The notes beneath the pieces are model-generated. The model had not been told where the DNA came from. It ran no database searches and saw nothing but the letters and a program-made list of their open reading frames with translations. DNA of 64,000 nucleotides, taken from NCBI GenBank assembly GCA_022819825.1, contig JAJEGM010000020.1, positions 6,053 through 70,052 of the forward strand. The letters are read 5' to 3'. Source of the DNA: Acidimicrobiia bacterium. GTDB taxonomy: Bacteria > Actinomycetota > Acidimicrobiia > Acidimicrobiales > Bin134. Shown piece by piece: positions 1 through 8,971 of the stretch (position 1 is the stretch's first letter; every line of letters starts with the position of its first letter). The position numbers and the translations under genes are program-made.

Positions 1-74
1 ATGTACTGGTCGAACACATCGGCCCGAGTGGGAGCCGACGGCGTGGGTGTCGGGCGGGATGCGTCGTCGGCCAT
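1..74 (-). CDS. 5' end of a CDS running off the left edge (MADDASRPTPTPSAPTRADVFDQY...)
   Basis: ATG at 74 just downstream of the MDMPI gene, same strand; frame open to the edge. Confidence 0.4.
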   Translation of the reverse strand, partial: MADDASRPTPTPSAPTRADVFDQY

Positions 75-94
75 GGGCAGGGTTCTCGGCGGCT

Positions 95-832
95 CTAGCG
101 GGACAGGGCGAACCAGGCACGGGCGGCGTCGGCGTCGCCGAAGGTCTCCACGCCCGGGCTGTCCAGCCCGATCCGCTCCCACGACAGCAGCAGCAGGTCG
201 GTGCCGCTGGCGCGCACCGCGGCGTCGCCTTTGGAGTGCTCGAGACTCATCTTGATGCGGCCTCCGTCGTTCACCAGCAGCCACTCCCCGTCGCCGTCGG
301 TGCGGTGCAGGTGCAAGCTGGCGTCGGGCAGGGTCATGTCCCAGTTGGCCACCGCGAACGGCAGCACCACCTCGAACAGCTCGCTTACCCCGTCGGTGGC
401 CAGGTCGGAATCGATGGGGCTGGGCGTCCCGAAGGCGATCTCGGCGTCCCAGCGGTGTACGGCGGTCTCATGGGCCATGCGCCGGAAGTAGAACGCCATG
501 GTGTTCTGACCGGTCCAACTCCACACCGCCTCGTCGGGGTCGGCCCCATCCAGTGCCTCCTGCACAAACCGGTGGCCCTCCTCGAACCACTCCACGATGG
601 CGTCGCCTTCGGGGGGACGGGGGATCTCATCGGCGGGGATCATCTCGGTTGCCCGCTCGGCCACGTGGCGGCCCACCGAGCGGTACACCCGGCCCACGTG
701 GGCCAGCAGCTTGTGCATAGTCCAGCCGGGGCACGACGGCACCGCGGCATCAATGTCCTGCCTCCCGGCGGCGGCAATGGCCTCACCGTCGGATCGCAGG
801 GCTTGCTGATAGACGACTCGGTCGGTGCTCAT
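95..832 (-). CDS. Mycothiol-dependent maleylpyruvate isomerase family (MDMPI) protein
   Basis: VPSCPGWT...LLAHVG and RRMAHETAVHRWD motifs; TACCGT -10 box 6 nt before ATG. Confidence 0.9.
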   Translation of the reverse strand: MSTDRVVYQQALRSDGEAIAAAGRQDIDAAVPSCPGWTMHKLLAHVGRVYRSVGRHVAERATEMIPADEIPRPPEGDAIVEWFEEGHRFVQEALDGADPDEAVWSWTGQNTMAFYFRRMAHETAVHRWDAEIAFGTPSPIDSDLATDGVSELFEVVLPFAVANWDMTLPDASLHLHRTDGDGEWLLVNDGGRIKMSLEHSKGDAAVRASGTDLLLLSWERIGLDSPGVETFGDADAARAWFALSR

Positions 833-879
833 GGCGCGACGGTACCAACCCCAACTAGCCCGACCACTAAGTTGAGCCC

Positions 880-1284
880 ATGATCGAAGCCAATTGGGAC
901 CTCGATACCTTCCGGGTATTCCTCCACATCCTCGGCGCCGCGGTGTGGGTGGGAGGCCAGGTGATAGTGGCCGCTTTGGTACCGGCCCTGCGGAAGATTG
1001 GTCCCGAGGCCACCCAGGCCGCCGCCCAGCAGTTCGCCCGGGTGGCGTGGCCGTTCTTCTGGCTGGCGGTGCTGTCCGGACTGTGGAACCTGCTCGAGGT
1101 GGAGTTCGAAGATGCGGCCAACAGCTACCACATCACCCTCACCATCAAGCTGGTACTGGTGATTGCCACCGGCGTGACCGCCTGGCTGCACACCAAGGCC
1201 ACCGACCGCCGCCGCATCGCCATGATGGGTTCACTGTCGGGCGTGACCTCCATTGGCGCAGTGCTGGTGGGCGTGGCGCTGTAG
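880..1284 (+). CDS. Small 4-TM membrane protein (CopD-like)
   Basis: FLHILGAAVWVGG motif and four hydrophobic segments; TAAGTT 6 nt before ATG. Confidence 0.7.
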   Translation: MIEANWDLDTFRVFLHILGAAVWVGGQVIVAALVPALRKIGPEATQAAAQQFARVAWPFFWLAVLSGLWNLLEVEFEDAANSYHITLTIKLVLVIATGVTAWLHTKATDRRRIAMMGSLSGVTSIGAVLVGVAL

Positions 1285-1304
1285 GGCCTTCGCGCACCTC
1301 AGAT

Positions 1305-2492
1305 TCAGAACTCAAAGTCTCCGAATATCTCGGGAAGGGTGAAGTCGAACCCCACCTCGAAGGCGGCCCGAGCCCCGAACAGGGAGTCCATCGCCGCGCT
1401 TGTCATTTCATAGGCGGCCCGGATCTCCACTAGAGCTGCCGAGCCGACCAATGCTCGGGCTTCGATCAAGGCATCGGCGGCCACCGCCCGGTTCTCAACC
1501 AGCAGGGCATCGACCGCGTCGCAGGCCACCTGGGCCCGGCGCCGGAACTCCTTGGCCTCGATGACGACGTCTCGGGCGGTGTCGTAGACATCCGTCGGGG
1601 TCTCCGAGTCGCTGAACGAATACGCCAGGGCTGATGCGGAATGGACGTCGTCGGTGCTGTCGCGGTCGCCCGCGACGACTTGAATCTCGAAAGCAGTGGC
1701 AGTGGCCGCGACCAGGTTGATCCGGGCCTCGGCCAAAGCGGCCCACAGATCGTCGGCCACCGCCGCGTTGTACGCCGTTCGGGTTACGGCCAGCGAGGTC
1801 AGCGCGGAGCGATACTTGCCGACAGACGACGAGTTGATGTCATCGTGCACCGCGGTCTTGAGATCGGCGGCCAGGGCGGTTTGGGAGGCGGCCTCCAACT
1901 CCTTGAGATAGGCGGTTCGAGCGTTGGCCAGCAAGATGAGTGCCTCGTCCACGTCTCGATAGGCCTGACGGGCATCGGCCAAAACGGTGAGGGTCTGGGC
2001 CATCTTCACGTAGCCGGCTTCATCGGAGTCCAGATCGGCATCCCTCTCCCGTTCTTCCACCAAGGCGACCAGGGCGCTGGCCAAGTGCCCGGAGAACTCG
2101 CTCTTCTCTTCCGTTTCCCCGTCGGCGGCATCGGTATCTCCAGCCCCCGCGCCGACAATGGCGCTGGTGGGCGAGTCGGCCGCGGCGAAGGCGGCGGTCA
2201 CCTCGGCCAGCGTGCTGCGGGCGGCATCGGCATAGGAGGCAACCGCCCCTTTGGCCCGCAGTGCCTCGGCCATGGCCAGCACTGCGGCCTTGTCTGCATC
2301 GTGGGCAGAGGCGTCGGCCTCATCGTTCCATCCGGCGATATCAGCGAAGAAGCCAGCCCGCTGGGCGGCATCGGCCGCCTCCCCTATATGAGCACAGGCG
2401 CTGCGCAATGCCTCCACCGCCCCGGCGAGGTAGCGGGAGTCGGAGATGACGCCCCCGGCAGAAAACTCCGTCTCGACAGCCGGTTCAGCCAT
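1305..2492 (-). CDS. Ala/Asp/Glu-rich, probably helical hypothetical protein
   Basis: 395-aa ORF filling the gap; TACCGT 7 nt before ATG; no motif recognised. Confidence 0.65.
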   Translation of the reverse strand: MAEPAVETEFSAGGVISDSRYLAGAVEALRSACAHIGEAADAAQRAGFFADIAGWNDEADASAHDADKAAVLAMAEALRAKGAVASYADAARSTLAEVTAAFAAADSPTSAIVGAGAGDTDAADGETEEKSEFSGHLASALVALVEERERDADLDSDEAGYVKMAQTLTVLADARQAYRDVDEALILLANARTAYLKELEAASQTALAADLKTAVHDDINSSSVGKYRSALTSLAVTRTAYNAAVADDLWAALAEARINLVAATATAFEIQVVAGDRDSTDDVHSASALAYSFSDSETPTDVYDTARDVVIEAKEFRRRAQVACDAVDALLVENRAVAADALIEARALVGSAALVEIRAAYEMTSAAMDSLFGARAAFEVGFDFTLPEIFGDFEF

Positions 2493-2524
2493 GTCCTACA
2501 CGGTAGTTGAGTAAGAATAGGGAT

Positions 2525-3343
2525 ATGTCAGAAGCCCTGAGCCCGGAGGAGATTGCCCGGAAGATCAAACGGGCCGGAATCGGCAAGGCCAAGTTCGATC
2601 TGGCCCAGACCACAATCCTCGGCATAATGGCCGGCGCGTTCATCGCCCTGGGCGGCGTGTTCGCCCTGACCATCGCGGTCAGCCCGGAGCTGGGAACCGG
2701 CCCGGCCCGACTGCTCATCGGTGTGGGCTTCTCGCTGGGGCTGTTCTTGGTGGTGGTTACCGGATCGGAGCTGTTCACCGGCAACAACCTGATGGTGGCC
2801 AGCTTCTTCAGCCGGCGCATCAGCGGGCGCGACCTCTCGCGCAACTGGGCGCTGGCCTTCGTGGCCAACCTCATCGGCGCTCTGGTGATCGTGTTTCTGC
2901 TCTATTTCAGCCGATGGTGGGCCCAGGCCGACTACTCGTTCTCGGCGCGGACCATCCAGATCGCCAACGACAAGGTAAACCTGTCGTTCGGCACCGCGTT
3001 CGTGCGGGGGCTGCTGGCCAACATGCTGGTGTGCTTGGCGGTGTGGATGGCGGTGGCCGGCCGCTCGCTAGTGGACAAGATGATAGGCATCATCCTGCCC
3101 ATCACCGCCTTCGTGGCCGCCGGCTTCGAGCACAGCATCGCCAACATGTTCTTCCTGCCGCTGGGCTGGCTGGTGTCCACCGACGCAGAAGCCCTGGCCG
3201 CCGCCGGCCTCACCACCGATGAGATCGACCGCCTCAACTTCGGCTGGGTGGCCCACAACCTGATCGCCGTCACCCTCGGCAACATCATCGGCGGTGCCCT
3301 CGTCGGCCTCACCAACTGGACCGTCTATCTAAGACGGCAGTAA
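2525..3343 (+). CDS. focA: Formate/nitrite transporter (FNT) family
   Basis: GSELFTGN, LANMLVCLAVW, GFEHSIANM and GNIIGG motifs; start placed at ATG 2525. Confidence 0.9.
   Translation: MSEALSPEEIARKIKRAGIGKAKFDLAQTTILGIMAGAFIALGGVFALTIAVSPELGTGPARLLIGVGFSLGLFLVVVTGSELFTGNNLMVASFFSRRISGRDLSRNWALAFVANLIGALVIVFLLYFSRWWAQADYSFSARTIQIANDKVNLSFGTAFVRGLLANMLVCLAVWMAVAGRSLVDKMIGIILPITAFVAAGFEHSIANMFFLPLGWLVSTDAEALAAAGLTTDEIDRLNFGWVAHNLIAVTLGNIIGGALVGLTNWTVYLRRQ
3305..3343 (+). repeat. 39-bp direct repeat, copy 1 (functional 3' end of the FNT gene)
   Basis: ggcctcaccaactggaccgtctatctaagacggcagtaa; 36/39 identical to 4550-4588. Confidence 0.9.
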
Positions 3344-3401
3344 ATAAACAGGTTATAACCTGTTTATTGTGATTGATACTACAGGGACTAGCCTGTACGC
3401 T
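3343..3401 (+). promoter_or_regulatory. Promoter TTGATA-17-TACGCT with two ACAGG-N6-CCTGT operator-like palindromes
   Basis: Perfect 26-bp palindrome aataaacaggttataacctgtttatt (3343-3368); tacagg-gactag-cctgta (3380-3397) between -35 (3373-3378) and -10 (3396-3401). Confidence 0.75.
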
Positions 3402-3408
3402 ATGTCGT

Positions 3409-3879
3409 GTGCAGAATTCCGAACTGGCCCGCAACCGCCTAGACGACCGACTCAAGAGTATCCCCTCCCCTGGCGACTTGGCTCGCCCCCACAAAGGGTG
3501 GATCCGGGCTATTCGCGACGCCCTCGGCATGAGCGCCAGTGAGCTGGCCTCCCGAGTGGGAGTCCGCCAGCAGACCATCAGCGAAATCGAACGCAGCGAA
3601 CAGCACGACACCATCCGACTGAAGACCCTGGAGAGCGTCGCCCAGGCCATGAACTGCCAACTGGTCTACGCCCTCATCCCCGACACCACCCTCGAGGAAA
3701 TCCTCATGAACCAAGCCAGGCACAGAGCAATTCAGCATCTAGAAGCAATTTCGCAGCACAGCCGGCTCGAAGATCAAGCTGTCAGCAACAAAGAACTAGC
3801 CGACCAAATCGAAGAGTTGGCTGTTCTACTCGCTGGGCGGCGTGGTCTGTGGACTGAGGAGCCAGTCGCCTCACAGTGA
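3409..3879 (+). CDS. Mobile mystery protein A (XRE-type HTH regulator/antitoxin)
   Basis: GWIRAIRDALGMS...ELA.RVGV.QQTISEIERSE...TI.LKTL..VA.AM.C.LVYAL pattern; GTG 3409 lies 7 nt after the -10. Confidence 0.85.
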   Translation: MQNSELARNRLDDRLKSIPSPGDLARPHKGWIRAIRDALGMSASELASRVGVRQQTISEIERSEQHDTIRLKTLESVAQAMNCQLVYALIPDTTLEEILMNQARHRAIQHLEAISQHSRLEDQAVSNKELADQIEELAVLLAGRRGLWTEEPVASQ

Positions 3880-4463
3880 CCGATGCCCTAATGCCCATAG
3901 GAGAAGGCCACACTGAGCTTTCTCCTGAAGATCACGATGGATTGATCCCGAGCTACATCGCAACCCGAGGCGACCTATACGACGCGGAGCAGCGAAACAT
4001 CGCCCAGGCCCTGCTGCGCCGCCCTCCGCGAACAGACGAATTGCTCGACGACAAGTATCTCCGCGACCTGCATAACGCTATGTTCGGCCAAGTCTGGAAT
4101 TGGGCCGGCCAATACCGAACGCGTGAGACGAACATCGGCATCGAGCCCACCCAGATCGCCGTTGCCGTGCGCTCGCTCACCGACGACGTCACCTGGTGGA
4201 TCGACTCAGAGACTTTCGCTATCGACGAAATCGCCGTTCGATTCCACCACAGACTCGTCGCCATCCACCCGTTCCGCAACGGCAACGGACGCCACGGCCG
4301 CATCGCCGCCGACTACCTAGCTAGCGCCCTCGGTACCGACCCCTTCACCTGGGGCCGCTTCCTCGACCTACCCACCAGCGGCCTCCGCAAGGCCTACCAA
4401 TCCGCTTTGCAGCACGCCGACGCTGGAGCGATCAAGCCACTCCTAACTTTCGCCCGCAGCTGA
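3876..4463 (+). CDS. Mobile mystery protein B (Fic domain)
   Basis: Fic motif HPFRNGNGRHGR; GTGA overlap with the upstream gene. Confidence 0.9.
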   Translation: MTDALMPIGEGHTELSPEDHDGLIPSYIATRGDLYDAEQRNIAQALLRRPPRTDELLDDKYLRDLHNAMFGQVWNWAGQYRTRETNIGIEPTQIAVAVRSLTDDVTWWIDSETFAIDEIAVRFHHRLVAIHPFRNGNGRHGRIAADYLASALGTDPFTWGRFLDLPTSGLRKAYQSALQHADAGAIKPLLTFARS

Positions 4464-4549
4464 TCAGAACGTACGCCCATTCGTCAGTGGGCGAACAGCT
4501 TGTTACCTGTTGATTGCCCGTCGGTATTGTCCTTCCATAGCCCGCAATA

Positions 4550-4588
4550 GGCCTCACCAACTGGACCGTCTACCTGAGACGGCAGTAG
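4550..4588 (+). repeat. 39-bp direct repeat, copy 2 (displaced FNT 3' end)
   Basis: ggcctcaccaactggaccgtctacctgagacggcagtag also encodes GLTNWTVYLRRQ*. Confidence 0.9.
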
Positions 4589-4618
4589 GGGTCGAAGCCT
4601 TGCAGCGGGGTCACCGAA

Positions 4619-5038
4619 CTAGTCGTCGGTGCCCCTTTGCAATACCCATTGATGAGGCTGGCCGGTGATCTCGGCAACCAGTTCGAAATCGGCGTCGTAG
4701 TGCAAGATGATCAACTGGCGGGCCTCAGCTACCGCGGCAACTAGGGCATCGACGAGAGAAAGCGCTCGATGCTGGCCTTTCTCAGCAAGTTGTCGTTGGA
4801 TGCCGATCGCCCGATGATGGTCGCCGTCGGTGACCGGCACAGTGTCAAACGCGTCAAGCCGAGTCATGATCGCCTCGTGATCAGCTGAGCTGCGGGCGCT
4901 GAACCCGAGTTCAAATATCACCGGTGAGCACAGGGCAATACGCCCCTCAGCTATGATCGGAGCAACAGCGGCGGCCACCGATGCCTTCGAGAGGCGGGCA
5001 AAAACGCTCGTATCGGCCAAGTGAGTGGCCCGGGTCAC
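4619..5038 (-). CDS. vapC: VapC PIN-domain toxin
   Basis: LADTS, VIFEL, SLVDALVAA and HYDADF acidic PIN motifs. Confidence 0.9.
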   Translation of the reverse strand: MTRATHLADTSVFARLSKASVAAAVAPIIAEGRIALCSPVIFELGFSARSSADHEAIMTRLDAFDTVPVTDGDHHRAIGIQRQLAEKGQHRALSLVDALVAAVAEARQLIILHYDADFELVAEITGQPHQWVLQRGTDD

Positions 5039-5244
5039 TACGCGTCGCCGCCCCAGGCCAGTTCAGCCGCTTCAAAGTCGAATCTGCCCTCTTCGCTCAA
5101 GAGCGCCACGAGTTCTAGCCGACGCTTGGCATTTACGATTTCCAGCAGCGAAGCATGCACCGTCTCTCTCAGCGTCGTCGTTCCCAGAATCGCCGCGGCC
5201 TGATCAGCGATATCTCGATCCACATCAATAGATGTCTTTGCCAT
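5038..5244 (-). CDS. vapB: VapB antitoxin (RHH-like)
   Basis: KTSIDVD..I...A..ILGT.T.RETVH..L pattern; directly upstream of vapC; tandem AAGATATC upstream. Confidence 0.85.
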   Translation of the reverse strand: MAKTSIDVDRDIADQAAAILGTTTLRETVHASLLEIVNAKRRLELVALLSEEGRFDFEAAELAWGGDA

Positions 5245-5315
5245 ACCCATGAAGATATCAAGATATCGACAGGATCATGCAAGGGCCGCAGAAAATCTCA
5301 GCGACCTCAAAAAAG

Positions 5316-8300
5316 TCACTCGAACTCGGACGCTTTGGCGCCGAGGTTGGTGGCGTTTTCGGAGACGGTTCGTTGTGTGGAGTCTTCGAAGCCTTCGGGG
5401 TTGGTGGCTCGGACTTCTAGGACAAGTTCTACGTTGGGGCCGAGGTGGGAGCTGATGTGCTCGGCGATCTCGCCTAGCTCTTTGATGCAGCGCACGGGGT
5501 CGAGGTCGAAGTGGGCGTAGAACTGGGTTGGGCTAGTGCTGCTCGTTGAGCCAGGAGTCCCGGACGGTGTACCGGGAGATTGAGTCTCGGCAGATGGTCC
5601 TGGACTCTCCTGCTTGGGGGCCTCCGGTTCAGATGGCTCGGGCAATCGGTCGGGGTGTACGAGTAGACCGCTGGGGGTTGGGTTTACGTGTTGGAGGGTC
5701 TGAACGCCGACCCATGTTGTGTCGTCGTGGGCCTCGGCGTAGGCGAAGGTCTCTTGGGCCCAATCGGTCGTGGCGGTGCCTGTGCTGATGGCCAAGTTGA
5801 GCACGTGGGGTGACGACAGCCTTGGCATGTGGGGGTAGCGAGCGTAGGTTTCCCACAGTTTTTCCACCGCTACGTCGCCCCGCTCGGACCACAGATCGCG
5901 GCGATCAATGTCCATCCGCACTCGGACTCCGCTGTACGTCGCGATCATCTTTTCCTCGGTGGCCAGCTTCTTGGAGACCCGGGCACCGATATCGCCGCTG
6001 GCGGCTGCTCTGGTGGTCTGCCACTCGACTTCGGAAGTACCCGCTTCCTGTTTGGGGGTGAGCACCTGGGTAAACGCCTCGGAAATGAGGCTGTCCACCT
6101 GCTGTGAGACTTCCTTCACCTTGCTTTCTGCCTGACCCTTCTGGTGTGGAGTCAGGTTGAGGGCCTCGTGCTCCTGGGCAATCGACTGCCAGGCCAAGTA
6201 CGACCGAGCAGCGTCACGCAACTCGCTCAGTCGATTGGCGGTTGCCGCCACAAACACCAACAGGTTGCGGTTCAGCCGCGGACCACCGTGGCGCTGATCC
6301 AAGATGCTCTGAGCCATCGCTACCGCCGGGGAGTTCTCGTCGTTGGAGGAATGCGTGGCATCGGGAGCGAGCACTACCAGCCGCACACCATCGTCGTCAT
6401 CAGGCACGTCCCCCGGCCCTTCGGCGAAAACTTGAATCGCCGCGAAGTCTCCGCGCTCCCGCTGGTTCTTCAGCCGAGACGCCACCTCATCGTCGGCATG
6501 AAGGTCGGTGTAGTTCGAGGCTGCCCTATCAGCGGCCATCCGGGTGACGTTGGGCTGGAGCGAGTACCAATATTGGGCCCCGTCCACGTAGAGGTGGGTG
6601 GCCTCTCCCGATAGCCGCCGGAGGGCGTCGGCAAACTGGCCGACCGGCTCGCCCGGCTGCACGCAGCCCAGCACCACCGACTTCAGATCCACTCCCCGCT
6701 TGCCGTCGGGCCGGGGCGCCGAGCCCATGTACACGGTTCGGGCTGCTCGCCTGGTGGCCGAGAACCGGCCGAAATGGGTGTACTCGTTGTCGATGCGCAG
6801 CGGCAGAGCGTTGGCCCCGTCCACATCAGACTTGATGACCGGATCCCAGGCTTCCTCCAGGTACTTCTTCATCTCGCTCACCAGCGCGCCCGAATCCATC
6901 GGCAGGTTGCCGGGCATGATCAGAAGCGACTGGTCGCCGCGCTGCCAGAGCTGGGAGATGGCCAGCGCCATGAGCCGCAGCGCGCCCCGAGTGCGCTGGA
7001 ATTTGTCAAGCGCCGACCAGTCGTCGAACAACCGGTCGAACAGCTCGGGGTGGATCGGGTACGACAGTTCCATTCGCCTGCGATAGTCGGCCTCGCCAAC
7101 CCCCGACGGGAACTCCTTGCCCTGGTCCCGGTACATCTCACTGAACGCACGGATCACCCCGTCGCGCACCCTCGCCTTGTCGGGCGGAATCGGGTCGAAC
7201 AGCCGCCGCCGGACGATCTCGAACGACTCGTCGGGCGACGCCGGCTGCCACTGGGCGGCCGTGCGAGTGACCACGTTCTTCAGCTTTTCCAACGCCGTGC
7301 GCCCCCTGTCGCCACCCACCTCTATGTCGGAGGCGGGAATCGAAACTAGAACCACCAAATTGGGCACCGCCGCGGCCGCCTCGGTGAGGGCTTGGGCGAA
7401 AGTGAACTGGGTGTCGAAGTCGCCGCCAACAGAACGGCTCCCCTCGCCGCCGTCGCTCAGTTGACGGGCGTAGGCCACCCATTCGTCAATCAGCACCACC
7501 GCCGGCCCGCACTGCTGGAACAGCGTTCGAAGCGCAGCGCCCGGATTGGTCCCGGCCTCATCGTCGGCCCGAACCAGCTCATAGGCGCTGCGGCCCCCGA
7601 GCTGATAGGCCATCCGCCCCCACAGGGTGTGCAACAGCACGCCGTCTTCAGCCGGCTCCGGCGCCGAGGGAGAGATCATCTGGCCCACTAACACAGCCCG
7701 AGACACGCTGCCAGGAAGCGCCAGCGCTTCCTCAGCGAGTATCTCGCCGACTCCAGGCAAGTCCTCGGCGGCCGCGTCTGACGCGAGGTGGTACAGGGCG
7801 ATCAGGCTGTGGGTTTTGCCGCCGCCGAAGTTGGTCTGCAACTCGATCACCGGATCGCCGCCACCCCCCGACAGCCGCCGGGCGGCCCCCACCAGCAAGT
7901 CCCGCAATCCCTGGGTGATGTAGGTGCGGGCGAAGAACTCCCTCGGGTCTTGGTACTCCGGCTCGGCGTTGCCGCTCAGCACCTCGAACAGATTGGCGGC
8001 GAACTCGACCTGCTCGAAGCTCCCCTGAGCCACATCGGCGTGCGGGGTGATGATGTCGCGCCAAGGCGTCAGGCCCGCCTGGGGCTGGCCCTCGGTGGGC
8101 CTCGCCGCAGTCTTTCGCCGCTCCGCCCGGGACTCCTCCTCCATCATCTGGCGCATCAGGTCGCGGCGCAGGCTGCGAATCTGCTGGCGCTCCTCAAGGT
8201 TGCCGAAAGCCTCCAGCAGCCGCTCCATGGAGTCGAGCGCCCGCACAGTGTCGTCGGTGGACAGCGCCTTTTGATGCGCCCAGCTATTGCGGGCATCGGC

Positions 8301-8558
8301 CACCTCGAACACCAGCGCCCGCACCGCCGGCGGGAACCCATGGCCGAATACTTCCTGCCAGGTGGCCTTCATCCCCTTGAACAAGAAGGCCGCATCGTAA
8401 ACAGAAGGACTGCGCTCCGGCGTGTGAAGCCGCCCATTCACCGCATCGAGCCACCCGTCCCCATAGAACCCCCGCCAAGCGTCCTCGCACTTCGGCCGAA
8501 GCCCGTCGCGCAGCAGATCAAGCGCCTTGGAGAGGCGCTCGGTGTTGGCCATCACCAT
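5316..8558 (-). CDS. Swt1-like HEPN + DUF499 AAA+ ATPase
   Basis: N-terminal RNSWAH (HEPN RxxxxH); Walker A TNFGGGKTH; Walker B VLIDE; YPIHPEL, FQRTRG and C-terminal VSENA.LG...EFE; Pro/Ser-rich linker. Confidence 0.9.
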   Translation of the reverse strand: MVMANTERLSKALDLLRDGLRPKCEDAWRGFYGDGWLDAVNGRLHTPERSPSVYDAAFLFKGMKATWQEVFGHGFPPAVRALVFEVADARNSWAHQKALSTDDTVRALDSMERLLEAFGNLEERQQIRSLRRDLMRQMMEEESRAERRKTAARPTEGQPQAGLTPWRDIITPHADVAQGSFEQVEFAANLFEVLSGNAEPEYQDPREFFARTYITQGLRDLLVGAARRLSGGGGDPVIELQTNFGGGKTHSLIALYHLASDAAAEDLPGVGEILAEEALALPGSVSRAVLVGQMISPSAPEPAEDGVLLHTLWGRMAYQLGGRSAYELVRADDEAGTNPGAALRTLFQQCGPAVVLIDEWVAYARQLSDGGEGSRSVGGDFDTQFTFAQALTEAAAAVPNLVVLVSIPASDIEVGGDRGRTALEKLKNVVTRTAAQWQPASPDESFEIVRRRLFDPIPPDKARVRDGVIRAFSEMYRDQGKEFPSGVGEADYRRRMELSYPIHPELFDRLFDDWSALDKFQRTRGALRLMALAISQLWQRGDQSLLIMPGNLPMDSGALVSEMKKYLEEAWDPVIKSDVDGANALPLRIDNEYTHFGRFSATRRAARTVYMGSAPRPDGKRGVDLKSVVLGCVQPGEPVGQFADALRRLSGEATHLYVDGAQYWYSLQPNVTRMAADRAASNYTDLHADDEVASRLKNQRERGDFAAIQVFAEGPGDVPDDDDGVRLVVLAPDATHSSNDENSPAVAMAQSILDQRHGGPRLNRNLLVFVAATANRLSELRDAARSYLAWQSIAQEHEALNLTPHQKGQAESKVKEVSQQVDSLISEAFTQVLTPKQEAGTSEVEWQTTRAAASGDIGARVSKKLATEEKMIATYSGVRVRMDIDRRDLWSERGDVAVEKLWETYARYPHMPRLSSPHVLNLAISTGTATTDWAQETFAYAEAHDDTTWVGVQTLQHVNPTPSGLLVHPDRLPEPSEPEAPKQESPGPSAETQSPGTPSGTPGSTSSTSPTQFYAHFDLDPVRCIKELGEIAEHISSHLGPNVELVLEVRATNPEGFEDSTQRTVSENATNLGAKASEFE

Positions 8559-8707
8559 CGGCGCCGCTCCCCGTCAGGCATGCTCACGCCCCCACAATGC
8601 CACGCAGCAGCGACATATCCTCTGCCCGACCCCCGATCACCAACACAGAAAAAGAAGAACAGCATATTTCGTTGCTTTTCCATTCACCATCCGATAGACA
8701 AGGAACA

Positions 8708-8971
8708 ATGTTGGATCGCAAAGACCCGATCAGCCCGTACCCTCCGCTGACCGAAGAAGAGAAGGAAGAACTTGCAAAGGAGTGGGCCGACTACGTGCCT
8801 GATCCAATCGTCATCTCAGAAGAGCGGAAGCAGGAACTCCGCGAGGAACGTGAACGATACATCGCTGAGCTCATCGAGGAATTCGGTGAACCCACCGCCG
8901 AGGAGGTGGCTCGTGCCGAAGCTTGGTGGAAACCCATCAAGGAGCACCTGACAAAGAACGACACGCCGTGA
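8708..8971 (+). CDS. Small acidic putative antitoxin
   Basis: 87 aa; AGGA RBS; C-terminal ...EEFGEPTAEEVARAEAWW; GTGA overlap with the PIN gene. Confidence 0.65.
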   Translation: MLDRKDPISPYPPLTEEEKEELAKEWADYVPDPIVISEERKQELREERERYIAELIEEFGEPTAEEVARAEAWWKPIKEHLTKNDTP

